Shown: piece after piece, positions 25,367-38,133 of the stretch
How positions within the stretch are numbered: position 1 is the stretch's first letter
How the letters are laid out: the number at the start of each line of letters is the position of its first letter
Assembly: GCF_018350175.1 (NCBI RefSeq)
Contig: NC_058368.1
Span: forward strand, 62,374,001 to 62,438,000
From: Felis catus
Taxonomy: Eukaryota
Direction of reading: 5' to 3'
Length of the DNA stretch: 64,000 nt
Made by a program: the position numbers and the translations under genes
Notes under the pieces: model-generated
The model's database searches: none
What the model saw: only the letters and a program-made list of their open reading frames with translations
What the model was told of the DNA's origin: nothing

Positions 25367-25916
25367 TAATTTTATACTAATTTCTAACACAAAAAATAAC
25401 TTCATATGTTAATTGTCTTTGTATCTACAGTAAAATTATTATGATTCAGCTTGGTGTATTCAGTAGAGTTCAAGGCTGAGAGTTTTTTCATCTATATAAC
25501 AAAATTATTACACTGGATGTCTTAAAAACTTTTTGGATTATTACTCAAATTTTTATCAAAATAAAACTTAAACTATTGACTTGGTGATATTTCTTTGAAT
25601 TAAAACAATACACAAGTATACAAAATATATTTAAATATTTATAGAAATAACTCTCTAATAAAAATATAGTCCTCTCAAAAGCAACAAGAAGAAAGGCCAA
25701 AATAGACACAAGCCTTCTCTCTTTTCCAATTCGTTAATAAAAAGTTTCAACAAATTAAGCACTTATTTTAAATGAGATAGAATTTAGGCTTGTCAAGAAG
25801 TTCTCTAGAGGTGAGTATAGGAGTGCTTTCTATTGTCTGAGAGGCCTGGAAACCAAACATAGGTGTGGAAAAGACACAAATTTATCAGGGGACATGAGAA
25901 TTCTGGCAGGTGTCTG

Positions 25917-26095
25917 TTTTTTAATATGAAATTTATTGTCAAGTTGGTTTCCATACAACACCCAGTGCTCATCCTAACAGATGCTCTCCTCAATGCCCAT
26001 CACCCACTTTCCCCTCCTTCCCACCCCCATCAACCCTCACTTTATTCTCAGTTTTTTATGGTTTGCCTCCTTCCCTCTCTAACTTTTTTTTTCCC
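25917..26095 (-). mobile_element. Short felid L1 3'-end insertion (~180 bp)
   Basis: ttttttaatatgaaatttattgtcaagttggtttccatacaacacccagtgctcatcc closely matches the reverse complement of the L1 3' end at ~61625-61685. Confidence 0.9.
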
Positions 26096-26693
26096 CTGGT
26101 GGTGTGTTGACGAGGATGGTAATGACTATGGCTTTATGAGTCCATTGGGGGGGGGCTAGTTTATGAAATCCTTACACCAGAAGGAGACTTTCTTTTTGAG
26201 TTAATAAAACGTATCTTTTCTATATGGACAAGATCTGCCTTCCCTGAATTTCTTTTGGAGAAATAAATAAGGAGCAAAATAATTGTAATTTCACAAATAA
26301 TTAGAAGTTTCAAGGAGCTTATTTATTCACTTCCTAAAAGTCCAATGGTTCTGTTTGCAAAATGACTAAAAAATTCCCTGCTTTAATTAGCTTATATTTT
26401 CTTAAGAAGTGGAAAAAAAGCAAAGCAATAAATATTTAATATGGTAAGAATGTATATAAAAATGCTACTAATAGAAGTAAGGGATAGAAATCATTTACAG
26501 CATGGCTGCCAGAGGGATGGAGTATTTTTGTAGATAAGGTGGTCAGGATAAAGCCTCTGTAATATGGTGACTTTGATGATCAGAAACCTCAATACAGTTA
26601 AAGGAAAATTATGTTAAATAAGAGAGATGACTATTTCAAGCCAAAATGACTTTACAAAACTAAAAATAAACGATGTCATAGTTAAAACTTTCT

Positions 26694-26887
26694 CTTTTTT
26701 TAAGTTTATTTAACTACTTTCACAGAGAGAGAGAGCACAAGTGCGGGAAGGGCAGTGAGGGAGAGAGAGAAAATCCCATGGAGGCTCCACACTGTCAGCC
26801 CACAGTGAGATGAAAGGCTTGAACACACAAACCATGAGGTCATGACCTGAGCCGAAGTCAGATGCTTAACTAACTCTCAGGCAACCC
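26694..26887 (-). mobile_element. CanSINE (older)
   Basis: Degenerate body with catgacctgagccgaagtcagatgcttaac. Confidence 0.85.
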
Positions 26888-27944
26888 TTAGAATTTTAAT
26901 TATAAGCAATGAAAAAAAAAAGGTAATTTCTCAGAAATGAATTAAGTCTATGGACATCAAACAGATAAAATATTGACAACAAAGAGTTAATATGAAGAAA
27001 CAATGCAAAACTGAAAAGAGATACTTTGAAACAAAGATCCTAGAGACCTAATATGCAACTAGGAATTTTAGAATGGTAAAACAAACAACTGTTGGGCCAA
27101 TACATCCTAATAACTAATAGAAAAAAAATCTCTTATCTACATAAATATTTTATTTTTTGAATTGAAAGGTATCTCAAGTTCTTGGCATTTTACATAAAAA
27201 AGGTATATGTCCAGATGAACTGTGGTAACATGTATGAATCAATGTAAGAAATAGGAAATCTAATATGATTATATATTTTAAAAAGCTTACTTATGTAGAA
27301 ATGGCTGACTGATATGTATTAGTCTTTTCATCTTCAACACAGAAACTAGAAGACATTTCAACTTTATTTACAGATACTTGTAGGAAAATTGATTGTGAGC
27401 TAGAATTACATGCTCTTAGAAAGCCTATTCTTTAAGAATTGCATAATGATGGGAAAAAACAAATAAGATGAGTTCAGATGGCTAATGATTCAGACAGTAG
27501 GGCCTCTATAACCTGTAGGAAACAGAAAATTATTCAAGGAAAGTAAGAACAAAATCTCAAGACAAGACAAAAGGGAACATAAAAGTGATTCATATGAATC
27601 TTTGTAACATTTATCAAATGTTACACACATCAAAATGTGTGATGAGAAGACAACTATTAGTTTTAGTATTGATATTGACTTCAGATTCTTAGAATAGAAA
27701 AAAACAGAACAACTTAAAAGAAAAAAACCCTTTGTAGCCTGGCATTAGCTTTTGTAACTTATTTCTGCAAGATGTAGTAGTAGTTGTTCAGGGAAGAAAA
27801 TTGTTAGGTTGCATGTTGGTAATGAAAAGTCAAAATAACTTGGTGCTATGAAGGGATGTATAAATTAATGCCATTTTATAAAATAATAATGCAAATTACA
27901 TTTGGTTCATAGTCATGAGCTCAATAAATAAGTTTTGGTGAATT

Positions 27945-27950
27945 AATATA

Positions 27951-27984
<34 letters not shown>

Positions 27985-28241
27985 TGAGAGAGAGACAGAG
28001 AAAGTGAAAGGGTGCAAGTGAGTGAGGGTGGAGAAAGAGAGGGAGAGAGAGAGAATCCCATGAAGGGCAGAGAGAGAGAGAGAGAAGGAGAGAGAGAAAA
28101 GCGGTGCTCACCCTTAGTGGGTCTCAAACTCACCCTAAGCGGGGCTCAAGCTCTCCCCATGTGGCATTTGAACTCATGAACCCTAGGATCATGACCTGAG
28201 CCAAAGTCAGATACTTAACTGGCTGAGCCACCCATGTGCCC
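27945..28241 (-). mobile_element. CanSINE variant with internal tandem units and (TA)n/poly(T) tail
   Basis: TSD tggtgaatt at 27936-27944 and 28242-28250; repeated ~23-nt gggctcaaactcacc-like units at ~28101-28175. Confidence 0.88.
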
Positions 28242-31200
28242 TGGTGAATTTATTTATTTGATTATTAGAAATATAATATGCCATATATTATATTTATACC
28301 ATATTTATACTCTATGTAGTTATATCTTTGTTCTGGAAATATTTTTTTAACTTAATATCCTTCCTCTTCATAGCCAATCATTGTTTTTTGGCTTTTTATT
28401 TTTCTGATTCATCAGTGTTCATTTTTACATAAGCATCCTTTGTTTTGAAAAATAATTTCAAATAGACCTAATCTACAACTTGGCTATCAAAAGTATTCAT
28501 TAGATTTATTTTAATTTCTATTTTATTTTATTGAGGGGGAGTATATATCAGTATATAATATAACATTATTAACATAGTATTAATAATTAGTAACACTCTT
28601 TAAAAGAACATAATATAATCTTAAATTAAGATTAGTAAATGGATAATTTTTAAACTGTAATTAAATAATTGTGCATATGAAAATCAATTCTGGCAAGTTG
28701 GAAAATAAAGTATTTCTACCAAGTAACTTGAATATGAGCAATTTGAAAGATTTGACTAGTATTAAATTTTAATTGGATAAACTATTTTGCTGTTAATTTG
28801 TGATTTTTCTTTGATTTCCTCTAATCCCAATAGACATGGTAGCTCTGCATTGGTCATTTACTTTTTTCAACTGACCTAACACATTTCAATAGAACATTTG
28901 TAGAATGTGAGGAGATTAACAGTTCATAAGCAGCCTAACAAATTGACTACTAATAATGCAAGACAGAAGTAGAATATTAAAATCACTTTATTTTATAAAG
29001 TCACTTCTCAAAGTATAAAAGGAGAAGAAAACTTTACTTTTATTGGCTTATGTGTAAGAATTTAATGGTAGTATCTTTTGTAAGATAATGTTAAATCATC
29101 AAGCAAAATTATCTTTGCCCTATGACTAGACAAATAAAATCTTAATATCCTAGATTTTAATTCTAAAAAAAATATGTTAATGATTTTATTCTCTAAGATT
29201 ACAAACATACTTAGTTCACTACATAAGATACCAATTCTACAAAGTAACAAACATAAACATCATTTTGTTGTCTTGTACATTTCAGTTCAAACAATCTCTC
29301 CAGCCTACTCTAGCAATTGTTTCCATGAACGGAGGCACAGAGATAGAAGATGGTTGCTTTTGCATTGTTAAAGTATAAATATATTGGGATTGGAAACATT
29401 AGTACTCACCGTTTCATCACTAACATAGTAATTTTGAGTAACTTTCATATCTGAAAAACTTCTTTTGAGAGAAAAATTATACTCAAAGTCTCTTAGTTCC
29501 TGTATAGTAAGAGGAAGGCAGAGTTAACTACATCAGAAAGTGTAGATTCTACATGGGAGTGGACATAAAACTAAAATGATATAGACGGTATAGAAAGCCT
29601 ATTCTTTAAGAATTGCATAATTGTGGGCAGAAGAAAATAGAGATAGGAGCTAATAGCCAGACTGGTATCCTGCATTTGCACCGAAGTATCAAAGTGAAAG
29701 TCTCAGAAGGTAGTTGAAGGGCATACCAAAGATCACTAAGTGCAAATAGAGGCAGGGACACTCCCCAAGCAGGTCCTTCTGAACCAAATTCAATTCTCTT
29801 CTGGCTTGAAAAGTACCCAGAGAGATCATTCTCCTTGTAGAAAGACAAAGAATACTGACTGTTTAAGGAGTTACCAGGGTGTTAGGAGTAGGCAGAGTTT
29901 GAGGGAGAATCTGAAGTGTTCGGTGACTGGGGACTCAAGGGCAACTTACTGCATCTGAAAAACAAGTCATTGCTAGAACACAAACTCACACACAGGACAG
30001 CCAATATATTCATTCAAGCTAAGTCTTACCGTATCAATTTGAGGAAAATTTAAAGCTTCAAACAAGTTTTAAGTACAACTTACTATTTTTCTGCCTAAAA
30101 TGACATCCTTTATATTTGAAAAAAAAGTTAACTTTCTTTTTCATCTGAATTTCCTTGTTCCAATAACTTTATTATATATAAAATTAGCCATGAGAACTCC
30201 CTACATGATCTTATTAATTTCACAAACACTTACATATTTCTTTTATAAATGTATAGATTGAGAAAACTCGGATTTCAATTATTTTTACTATTTTGAAGAT
30301 ACTAGGCATAAATAAAGTCATTATAAAATAAAAAGTTCAGAAATCCATGAAGAAAATTTAAAAATACAAGAAATAATAGAGAGGCACTGATGTTTACAGT
30401 ACAAAATGCATGAGAAAAAAAAACAGCACCTTGTTTCAAAGTAATTCACCTTCTGCTAGATATTTCCTGAGACAGTTCATTTTCCTTGAGAAATGTTCAG
30501 AGTAAAGAGTGATGGTGGAAAAAGAAGCAGTTAGCAAGTGGAGGGTTAAATGAGGATTCTTTCCAAGAGCAGACTGATAGAAATAGTTATATCATCAAAC
30601 AAAGAAGAATTCAGTGAGTGATGGTGGTTGGTGGCTGTGATAGGACAAGGATAAGACGGCAACATATGAAGCTATATGCTGAAATTCACTTTATATTGGA
30701 CATTGTGGTATGTCCTCTTTGTCCCTCACAGAAGATTTCATATCTGTCTCTCCACAAATTTCTTCAGTCTTTTGCCATTACTATACCTTTGCATTACTAT
30801 ACAAAATGACCATCATTTTTGGCAATTCAGTTGGTGACATTTCCAGCCAAAGGACAAATTCCACTTGACATCTAAAATTACATTGAATGTCTGGGGTTTT
30901 TTTTATTATTATTCTCCTTATAAGTTCCCCAACATGAGAATTTTATTTGCCAATCAGAATTATTTTTCACTCTTAAAATGTGTAGCATGTTAAAATACTT
31001 AGAGGGAAACACATAAAAGAGCACAGAACATTTAAAAGTATCTATTTAAAGGATCAATACATCTCCAATATCTTCAATTGGAAATGCTTTATTTTCCATA
31101 TTTAAAAATAGTGTGATTTTGATGTTAAGAGTAAGTTGGGTTTGCTCATGAATAATGAGTACCATCATCAGGTTGCTTTAATATTTAATATTAAAGTTAT

Positions 31201-31632
31201 AATTAATGAAACATCATAATTTTAATAAGAAGCATAATAGAGATTATGCAATATGAAAACCTGAGGAATGTTCCTGTATAGAAAAAAACATATCACAATC
31301 TAAATGAATCAATACCATGTCTACAGAAAAGTGTATCAAATCTATTTTCATGGATATTTAACACAGAAACCTGTATATCTTACTATTAAGAATACCTGGA
31401 TTTAATTTTAAGGTGACAGTAAAACTTATTTTTCTAAATATGAATTTTAGCCTCTTATGATATTCAAATATGATATTATTGGTACATCCCAAAAACCATT
31501 TTTCTTCCTCAAAGATAAAATAATTCTTAGAATTTTTATTTTCTCTTTGAAATTATCATTCCAATTGCCAAGTTTCTTTCCTTTCACTCTCAAAGCATGC
31601 TAATGATACATTACAATTTAACAATATATTTA

Positions 31633-34600
31633 GAAGAGAGAGAAAGATGGTCATGGAGTAGGAGGACTCTAGGTTCATTTTGTCCCACGAACACAACTAG
31701 ATAACTATCAAATCATCCTAAATACTGCAGAAATTGACCTGAAGACTGACAGAACAAACTCCACAAATACTTTAGTAGTACAGAAGAGGCCACATCAAAG
31801 AAGGTAGGGAATGCGCATATGTGGTTTAGGGAAGAAACCAATAGCACATGCTGTGGAGGGGGAGCGAGCCACAGTCATGGAGAAGGGCAAGAGAGAGAAG
31901 CACACAGAGAGATGGAAGAGAACAATTTTTCCCCAAAGCCACTGACTTGGAAAATACAAAGGACTGCATTTCATGAGTTCTTGCAACCAATGGGACTTAA
32001 AGACCGAAGTTTTAAACATCAGAAGGCTTAGCTGGGATAGAGCCCAGAGGGTACTGCACTGCTCCTAGAGAGAAGGTAGGCAAATAACCCAGGGACAGAC
32101 AGCATAGGAACAGCAATCTGAAATGTGCTTCGGGCACACAGTGGGGAGATTATTTGCTCTTCTCAGAGCACATCCCTGAGAGGCAGTGTTCACAGAAACT
32201 CCTCTCCAGGAACAAAGGAGCTAGCCAGCACCCTTTCCCTCCCTTGCTCCTCAGCATAAATAGAGCCACCAGAGAGACACAACTCCCTGCAGATATTGGC
32301 TGCCTAACTTGCTTACAGCAGTCCTCACCCCTCCATGCTCTGACAGGACTATCCTTCTCTGTCAAACTTGCCTCAGCTCCAGCACGGTGGGTCTGTCCCC
32401 TGGAAGAACAGCACAAATCCTCAGCCATACCAGGTCTCCTGACTAGAGTTCCGGAGGGCTTCAGTTCCGGTGGAGTTAGTGTCAGGTCTCATTTCCCAAG
32501 TATGAGCACACCTAATTAAAACGTGCCACATTCAGGACAAAGACCAAAAACTGTCCACAGCAGGCAAGGAGAGCTTCTGTAGATAACTGGCCTGAAGGAT
32601 AGAGCAACCAAAACACAATGGCGAGAGTGCACTGTGCACACACCAGCGACATTCCCTGAAGCGCCAGGCCCTGGCGACTACATGAACTCTACTTCATAAG
32701 GTCATTGCTTTACAAAGAGACATAACTGACTTTTCTAACACAGAGAAAAATGCAGAGATGGTGGCATTTAAAAAAAAATGCAAAGATGGTGGAATTTATC
32801 CCAAATGAAAGAACAAGATAAGGCCATGGCCGGAGATCCTAAGTGAAACGGATATAGGTAACTTGCCTGATGGAGAATTTAAAGCAACAATCATAAGGAT
32901 GCTTATTGGGCTTGAGAAAATAATAGAAGACATCAAACAGACTCTTACTACAGATATAAAAGAGTTAATAAAAAATCAAACAGGGATGAAGAATGCAATA
33001 ACCTTGATTGGAAATAGGCTTGATGTGGGGCGCCTGGGTGGCTCAGTCAGTTAAACGTCCAACTTTGTCTCAGGTCATGATCTTGCAGCTCTTGAATCTG
33101 AACCCTGCATTGGGCTCTGTACTGACAGCTCAGAGCCTAGAGCCTACTTCAGATTCTGTGTTTCCCTCTCTCTCTCTACCCCTCACCTGCTCACACACAC
33201 TCTCTCTCAAAAAAAAAAATAAATAAATAAACATTTAAAAATGTGTATAACTACCCAAAGCAACATAGAAAATTAATGCAATCCATAACAAAATACCAAC
33301 AGCATTTTTTCCAGAACTAGAATAAACAATCCTAAAATCTGTATGGAACTACAAAAGACCCTGAATAGTGAAAGCAAACTTGAAAAAGAAAAGCAAAGCT
33401 GGAGGCATCACAATTCCATATTTCAAGTTATATTACAAGGCAATAGTGATCAAAACAGTATGATACTAGCACAAAAATAGACACATAGATAAATAGAATA
33501 GAATAGAAAACCCTGAAAGGAGCCTACAGTATATAGTCAAGTAATCTTCAACAAAGCAGGAAAGAATATCCAATGAGGAAAAGATAATCTCTTCAACAAA
33601 CAGTGTTGGGAAAATTGGACAGCAACATGCAAGAGAATGAAACAGGACTACTTTCTTACACCAAACACAAAAATAAATTCGAAATGGATTAAAGACGTAG
33701 ATGTGAGACTTGAAACTGTAACAGTACTACAGGAGAAAACAGGCAGTAACCTCTTTGATATCGGCCATAACAACTTCTTTCTAGATATGTCTCCTGAGAC
33801 AAGGGAAACAAAAGCAAAAATACACTATTGGGATTTCATCAAAATAAAAAGCTTCTGCACAGCCAAGGACACAATCAACAAAAGTTAACCTATGGAATAG
33901 GAGAAGATATCTGCAAATGACATATCTGGCAAAGGGTTAGTATCCAGAATGTATAAAGAACTTCTAAAACTCAACACCTCAAAAACAAAAACAAATAACC
34001 CAATTTAACAAATGGACAAAAGACATGAATACACATTTTTTCCAAAGAAGACATCCAGATGGCTAGGAGACATGTGAAAAGATGCTTATCGTTACTGATC
34101 ATCAGGGAAATACAAACCAAAACTACAATCATCTATCACCTCACACCTGTCAAATGACTAAAATCAACAACAGGTATTGGTAAAGATGTGGAGAAAGGAA
34201 AACCATCTTGTACTATTGGTGGGAATGCAAACTGGTACATCCACTCAGGAAAACAGTATGAAGTTTCCTCAAAAAGTTAAAAATAGAACTACCCTATGAT
34301 CTAGCATTTGCACTTCTAGGTATTTACCCAAAGAATACAAAAATACTAATTCAAAGTGATACATGCACCTCTTTATTTATAGCAGCATTATATACAATAG
34401 TCAAATAATGGAATCAGCTCAAGTATCCATCAACTACTGAATGGATAAGGAAGGAAGATGTGGTATATATACATATATAGCCAATGGAATGTTACTCAGC
34501 CATGAAAAAAAGAATGTATCTTGCCATTTGCAAAGATATGGATGGAGCTAGAGAGTATTATGCTAAGCAAAACTGTCAGTCAGAGAAAGATGAACACCAT

Positions 34601-34901
34601 ATGATTTCAGTCATATGTGGAATTTAGAAAACAAAACAATTGAGCAAAGGGAAAAAATGAAAGGAAGGCAAACTAAGAAACAGACTTAACTATAGAGAAC
34701 AAATGGATGTTTACCAGAGGAGGGTGGGTGGGGGATAAGTAAAAAAGGTGATGGGGATTAAAGAGTGCACTTGCTGTGGTGACCACCAGGTATTGTATGA
34801 AAGCGTTGAATCACTTAATAGTACGTCTGAAACTAATATACACTGCATGTTAATTAATTGGACCCTAAATAAAAACTTAAAAAAATAAAAAAATAAAAAA
34901 A
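31633..34901 (+). mobile_element. Older carnivore L1 with both ends retained and a ~3.1-kb internal deletion
   Basis: L1 5' start (aagatggtcatggagtaggaggac), 5'UTR, ORF1 N-terminus (PDGEFKATIIRMLIGLEK), SINE, then ORF2 C-terminal region ([13 protein letters not shown]...KIKSFCTAK), 3'UTR and A tail. Confidence 0.9.
33027..33240 (+). mobile_element. CanSINE at the L1 deletion junction, no TSD
   Basis: Complete head ggggcgcctgggtggctcagtcagtt through tail; its flanks are non-contiguous L1 sequence. Confidence 0.92.
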
Positions 34902-35604
34902 CAAATTGAATGAAAAAGAAACCTATGTTCACAGATGTGTGTATGCATCACTTAATTTTGAACATTAAACAAATAATCACTGGACATAAAAGTAATAGCT
35001 CAGAAGTAAGTAAGCAGCAAAATCTGACTGAATCGGTTTTAGGTGCAAAATATTATATTAACAGAAATCTATCAAAATAATATTTTCTTTGCATCTTTTC
35101 ACCTCTCTGTATTTAATTAGAATTCTATATTTTCATCTATGCATCTATTAATACATCTAATCATCCATTCATCCATTCTTTTATCATTCATCTTGTATTA
35201 AAATAATTGGACTTGTATTTAAAGCTAATAAAGATGATACTGCTAGAAACTGCTGTTTTTCATTTACAATCAGGTGTGCATAGGTAAATAGCTGATTTCT
35301 ACAAATATTTGAAAAAAGGCAAGTAATTGCAACATGACAGAAAGTAAACAAATTTTAAGTTCTAAATATTTTGTATAAAGAAGAAAAATGGTAAATAAAA
35401 TCTATTAAAGTAGTTGAAAATAGTAAGAATCCATCATCTTTTGGCATCTTTTCAGTTTTGTATTGATAATTCTTATGAAAAATAAATCAGACAAGTTCTA
35501 GCACTTGATCATTTTCTATTACCGCTATCCATTCATTACAAATTCATACCCCAAAACCTAGAACATAATGTGTTAGAGTTTGCTACCACAACAAAAATTG
35601 TGGT

Positions 35605-36312
35605 TCACAGATTTGCTTCGATGTTAGCTTAATGGTCAGCTAATTCTTGTATTGAGACTTCCTTAAGTGCCTTGAATCAGTAAGTCTCTCATCTTTTTAC
35701 AGTGGCCCTGTTTGCACTTTGAAGCATGCCTTAATTCTATGGCAGTTAACAACTGTGTCTTAGCATTCACTTCCTGTTTGTGCAGATAATCAGCCAGAGT
35801 TGAGAGATTGGGACCTATTTAGTCCCCTTTGTCATATTTACATCTCTGTACATGTGTTTTTAACCAAAGGAGATTTTTTCTACTGAAAGTGTTCTGAGTC
35901 AAGTCAAATAAAGACAAGCCCTATAAATGGAGCTTTTCCAGGAAGTTTCCAGACACGTTAAATAGAGAAAATTGTCTGGGCCTGGGGCTTTTGGGAAACC
36001 CCAAACTCGGTCTGCTCCCTCTGGTAGTTGGCTGGTTTTCACAATATCCAGTTTGAGACTGCTGGATGTTAAGGCAATGGTGGAGTTGGAATGAGGGGCA
36101 AGGGAACAGGGCAAAGTAAATCACAAATTACGCTATTTCTTAAAGAGTTCAGCCATTTTTTCCGAATAAATGCTTGTCCCACTGTTGCAGGACTTTGGTT
36201 AATTCCAGAGTGAAGAAAACATTGCTTTTTTCCCCAATATTTTGCAAGTGTCCTTTATTGCTTTTTATGAAAGAGCAGATTTCTAGAGGCCCTTATTTCT
36301 CTGCTGCCATGA
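35605..36312 (-). mobile_element. Ancient L1 (L1MC/MD-like) 5' region
   Basis: cagccagagttgagagattgggacct, aataaatgct...ctttggttaattccagagt and the terminal ctctgctgccat resemble recalled old L1 5'UTRs. Confidence 0.5.
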
Positions 36313-36572
36313 ATTTTGAGTCATATATTCCTTCTTTGTCCTGACTGGCAGCTGAATCTAACATCTGATATGACTGCAGTTTTCAAAGTTCCTATCTGCT
36401 AACATTGCATTACTCATACTGCATATATTCTTCCTCATATATAGTGAATGCCCCACCTGTTCCCTCAACAAAGGTCTTAATGCCTGCAAGCTACGGTCAC
36501 TGAGGGGCTTAATTCTAAGACAAAAGTTTGTCATCTTTGTGAATTCGTAATACTGCATAACAATTTTTTATT

Positions 36573-38133
36573 TTTTTCTTACTACTTTCATATTTATTAT
36601 ACAACAATTTTTTTACAAAAAATGTAATTATACATTGTATATTCTAAGAACATGGTGATCTGTAAGGCATTTCTTTTTTTTTTCAGTTTACAAAAGGTTT
36701 ATTGAAATGTAACCCCATCATAAGTTGAGAAAGTTCTGTAGTTTTTTTTCAATATATGAAATTTATTGTCAAATTGGTTTCCATACAACACCCAGTGCTC
36801 ATCCCAAAAGGTGCCCTCCTCAATACCCATCACCCACCCACCCCCTTCTCCACCCCCCATCAACCCTCAGTTTGTTCTCAGTTTTTAAGAGTCTCTTATG
36901 CTTTGGCTCTCTCCCACTCTAACCGCTTTTTTTTTCTTCCTTTCCCTCCCCCATGGGTTTCTGTTAAGTTTCTCAGGATCCACATAAGAGTGAAAACATA
37001 TGGTATCTGTCTTTCTCTGTATGGCTTATTTCACTTAGCATCACACTCTCCAGTTCCATCCACATTGCTACAAAGGGACATATTTCGTTCTTTCTCATTG
37101 CCATTTAGTACTCCATTGTGTATATAAACCACAATTTCTTTATCCATTCATCACTTGATGGACATTTAGGCTCTTTCCATAATTTGGCTATTGTTGAGAG
37201 TACTGCTATAAACATTGGGGTACAAGTGCCCCTATGCATCAGCACTCCTGTATTCCTTGGGTAAATTCCTAGCAGTGCTATTGCTGGGTCATAGGGTAGG
37301 TCTATTTTTAATTTTCTAAGGAACCTCCACACTGTTTTCCAGAGTAGCTGCACCAATTTGCATTCCCATCAACAGTGCACGAGGGTTCCCATTTCTTCAC
37401 ATCCTCTCCAGCATCTATAGTCTCCTGATTTGTTCATTTTGGCCACTCTGACTGGCGTGAGGTGATATCTGAGTGTGGTTTTGATTTGTATTTCCCTGAT
37501 GAGGAGCGACGTTGAGCATCTTTTCATGTGCCTGTTGGCCATCTGGATGTCTTCTTTAGAGAAGTGTCTATTCATGTTTTCTGACCATTTCTTCCCTGGG
37601 TTATTTGTTTTTCGGGTGTGGAGTTTGGTGAGCTCTTTATAGATTTTGGATACTAGCCCTCTGTCTGATATGTCATTTGCAAATATCTTTTCCCATTCCG
37701 TTGGTTGCCTTTTAGTTTTGTTGGTTGTTTCCTTTGCTGTGCAGAAGTTTTTTATCTTCATAAGGTCCCAGTAATTCATTTTTGCTTTTAATTCCCTTGC
37801 CTTTGGGGATGTGTCGAGTAAGAGATTGCTACGGCTGAGGTCAGAGAGGTCTTTTCCTGCTTTCTCCTCTAGGGTTTTGATGGTTTCCTGTCTCACATTC
37901 AGGTTCTTTATCCATTTTGAGTTTATTTTTGTGACTGGTGTGAGAAAGTGGTCTAGTTTCAACCTTCTGCATGTTGCTGTCCAGTTCTCCCAGCACCATT
38001 TGTTAAAGAGACTGTCTTTTTTCCATTGGATGTTCTTTCCTGCTTTGTCAAAGATGAGTTGGCCATACCTTCGTGGGTCTAGTTCTGGGGTTTCTATTCT
38101 ATTCCATTGGTCTATGTGTCTGTTTTTGTGCCA
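36573..38133 (-). mobile_element. 5'-truncated felid L1 (36742-38133) plus ~170 bp of 3'-transduced sequence
   Basis: ORFs 37369-37962 and 37105-37356 are nearly identical to the ORF2 C-terminus of the full-length L1; 14-bp TSD aacaattttttatt at 36559-36572 and 38134-38147. Confidence 0.9.
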
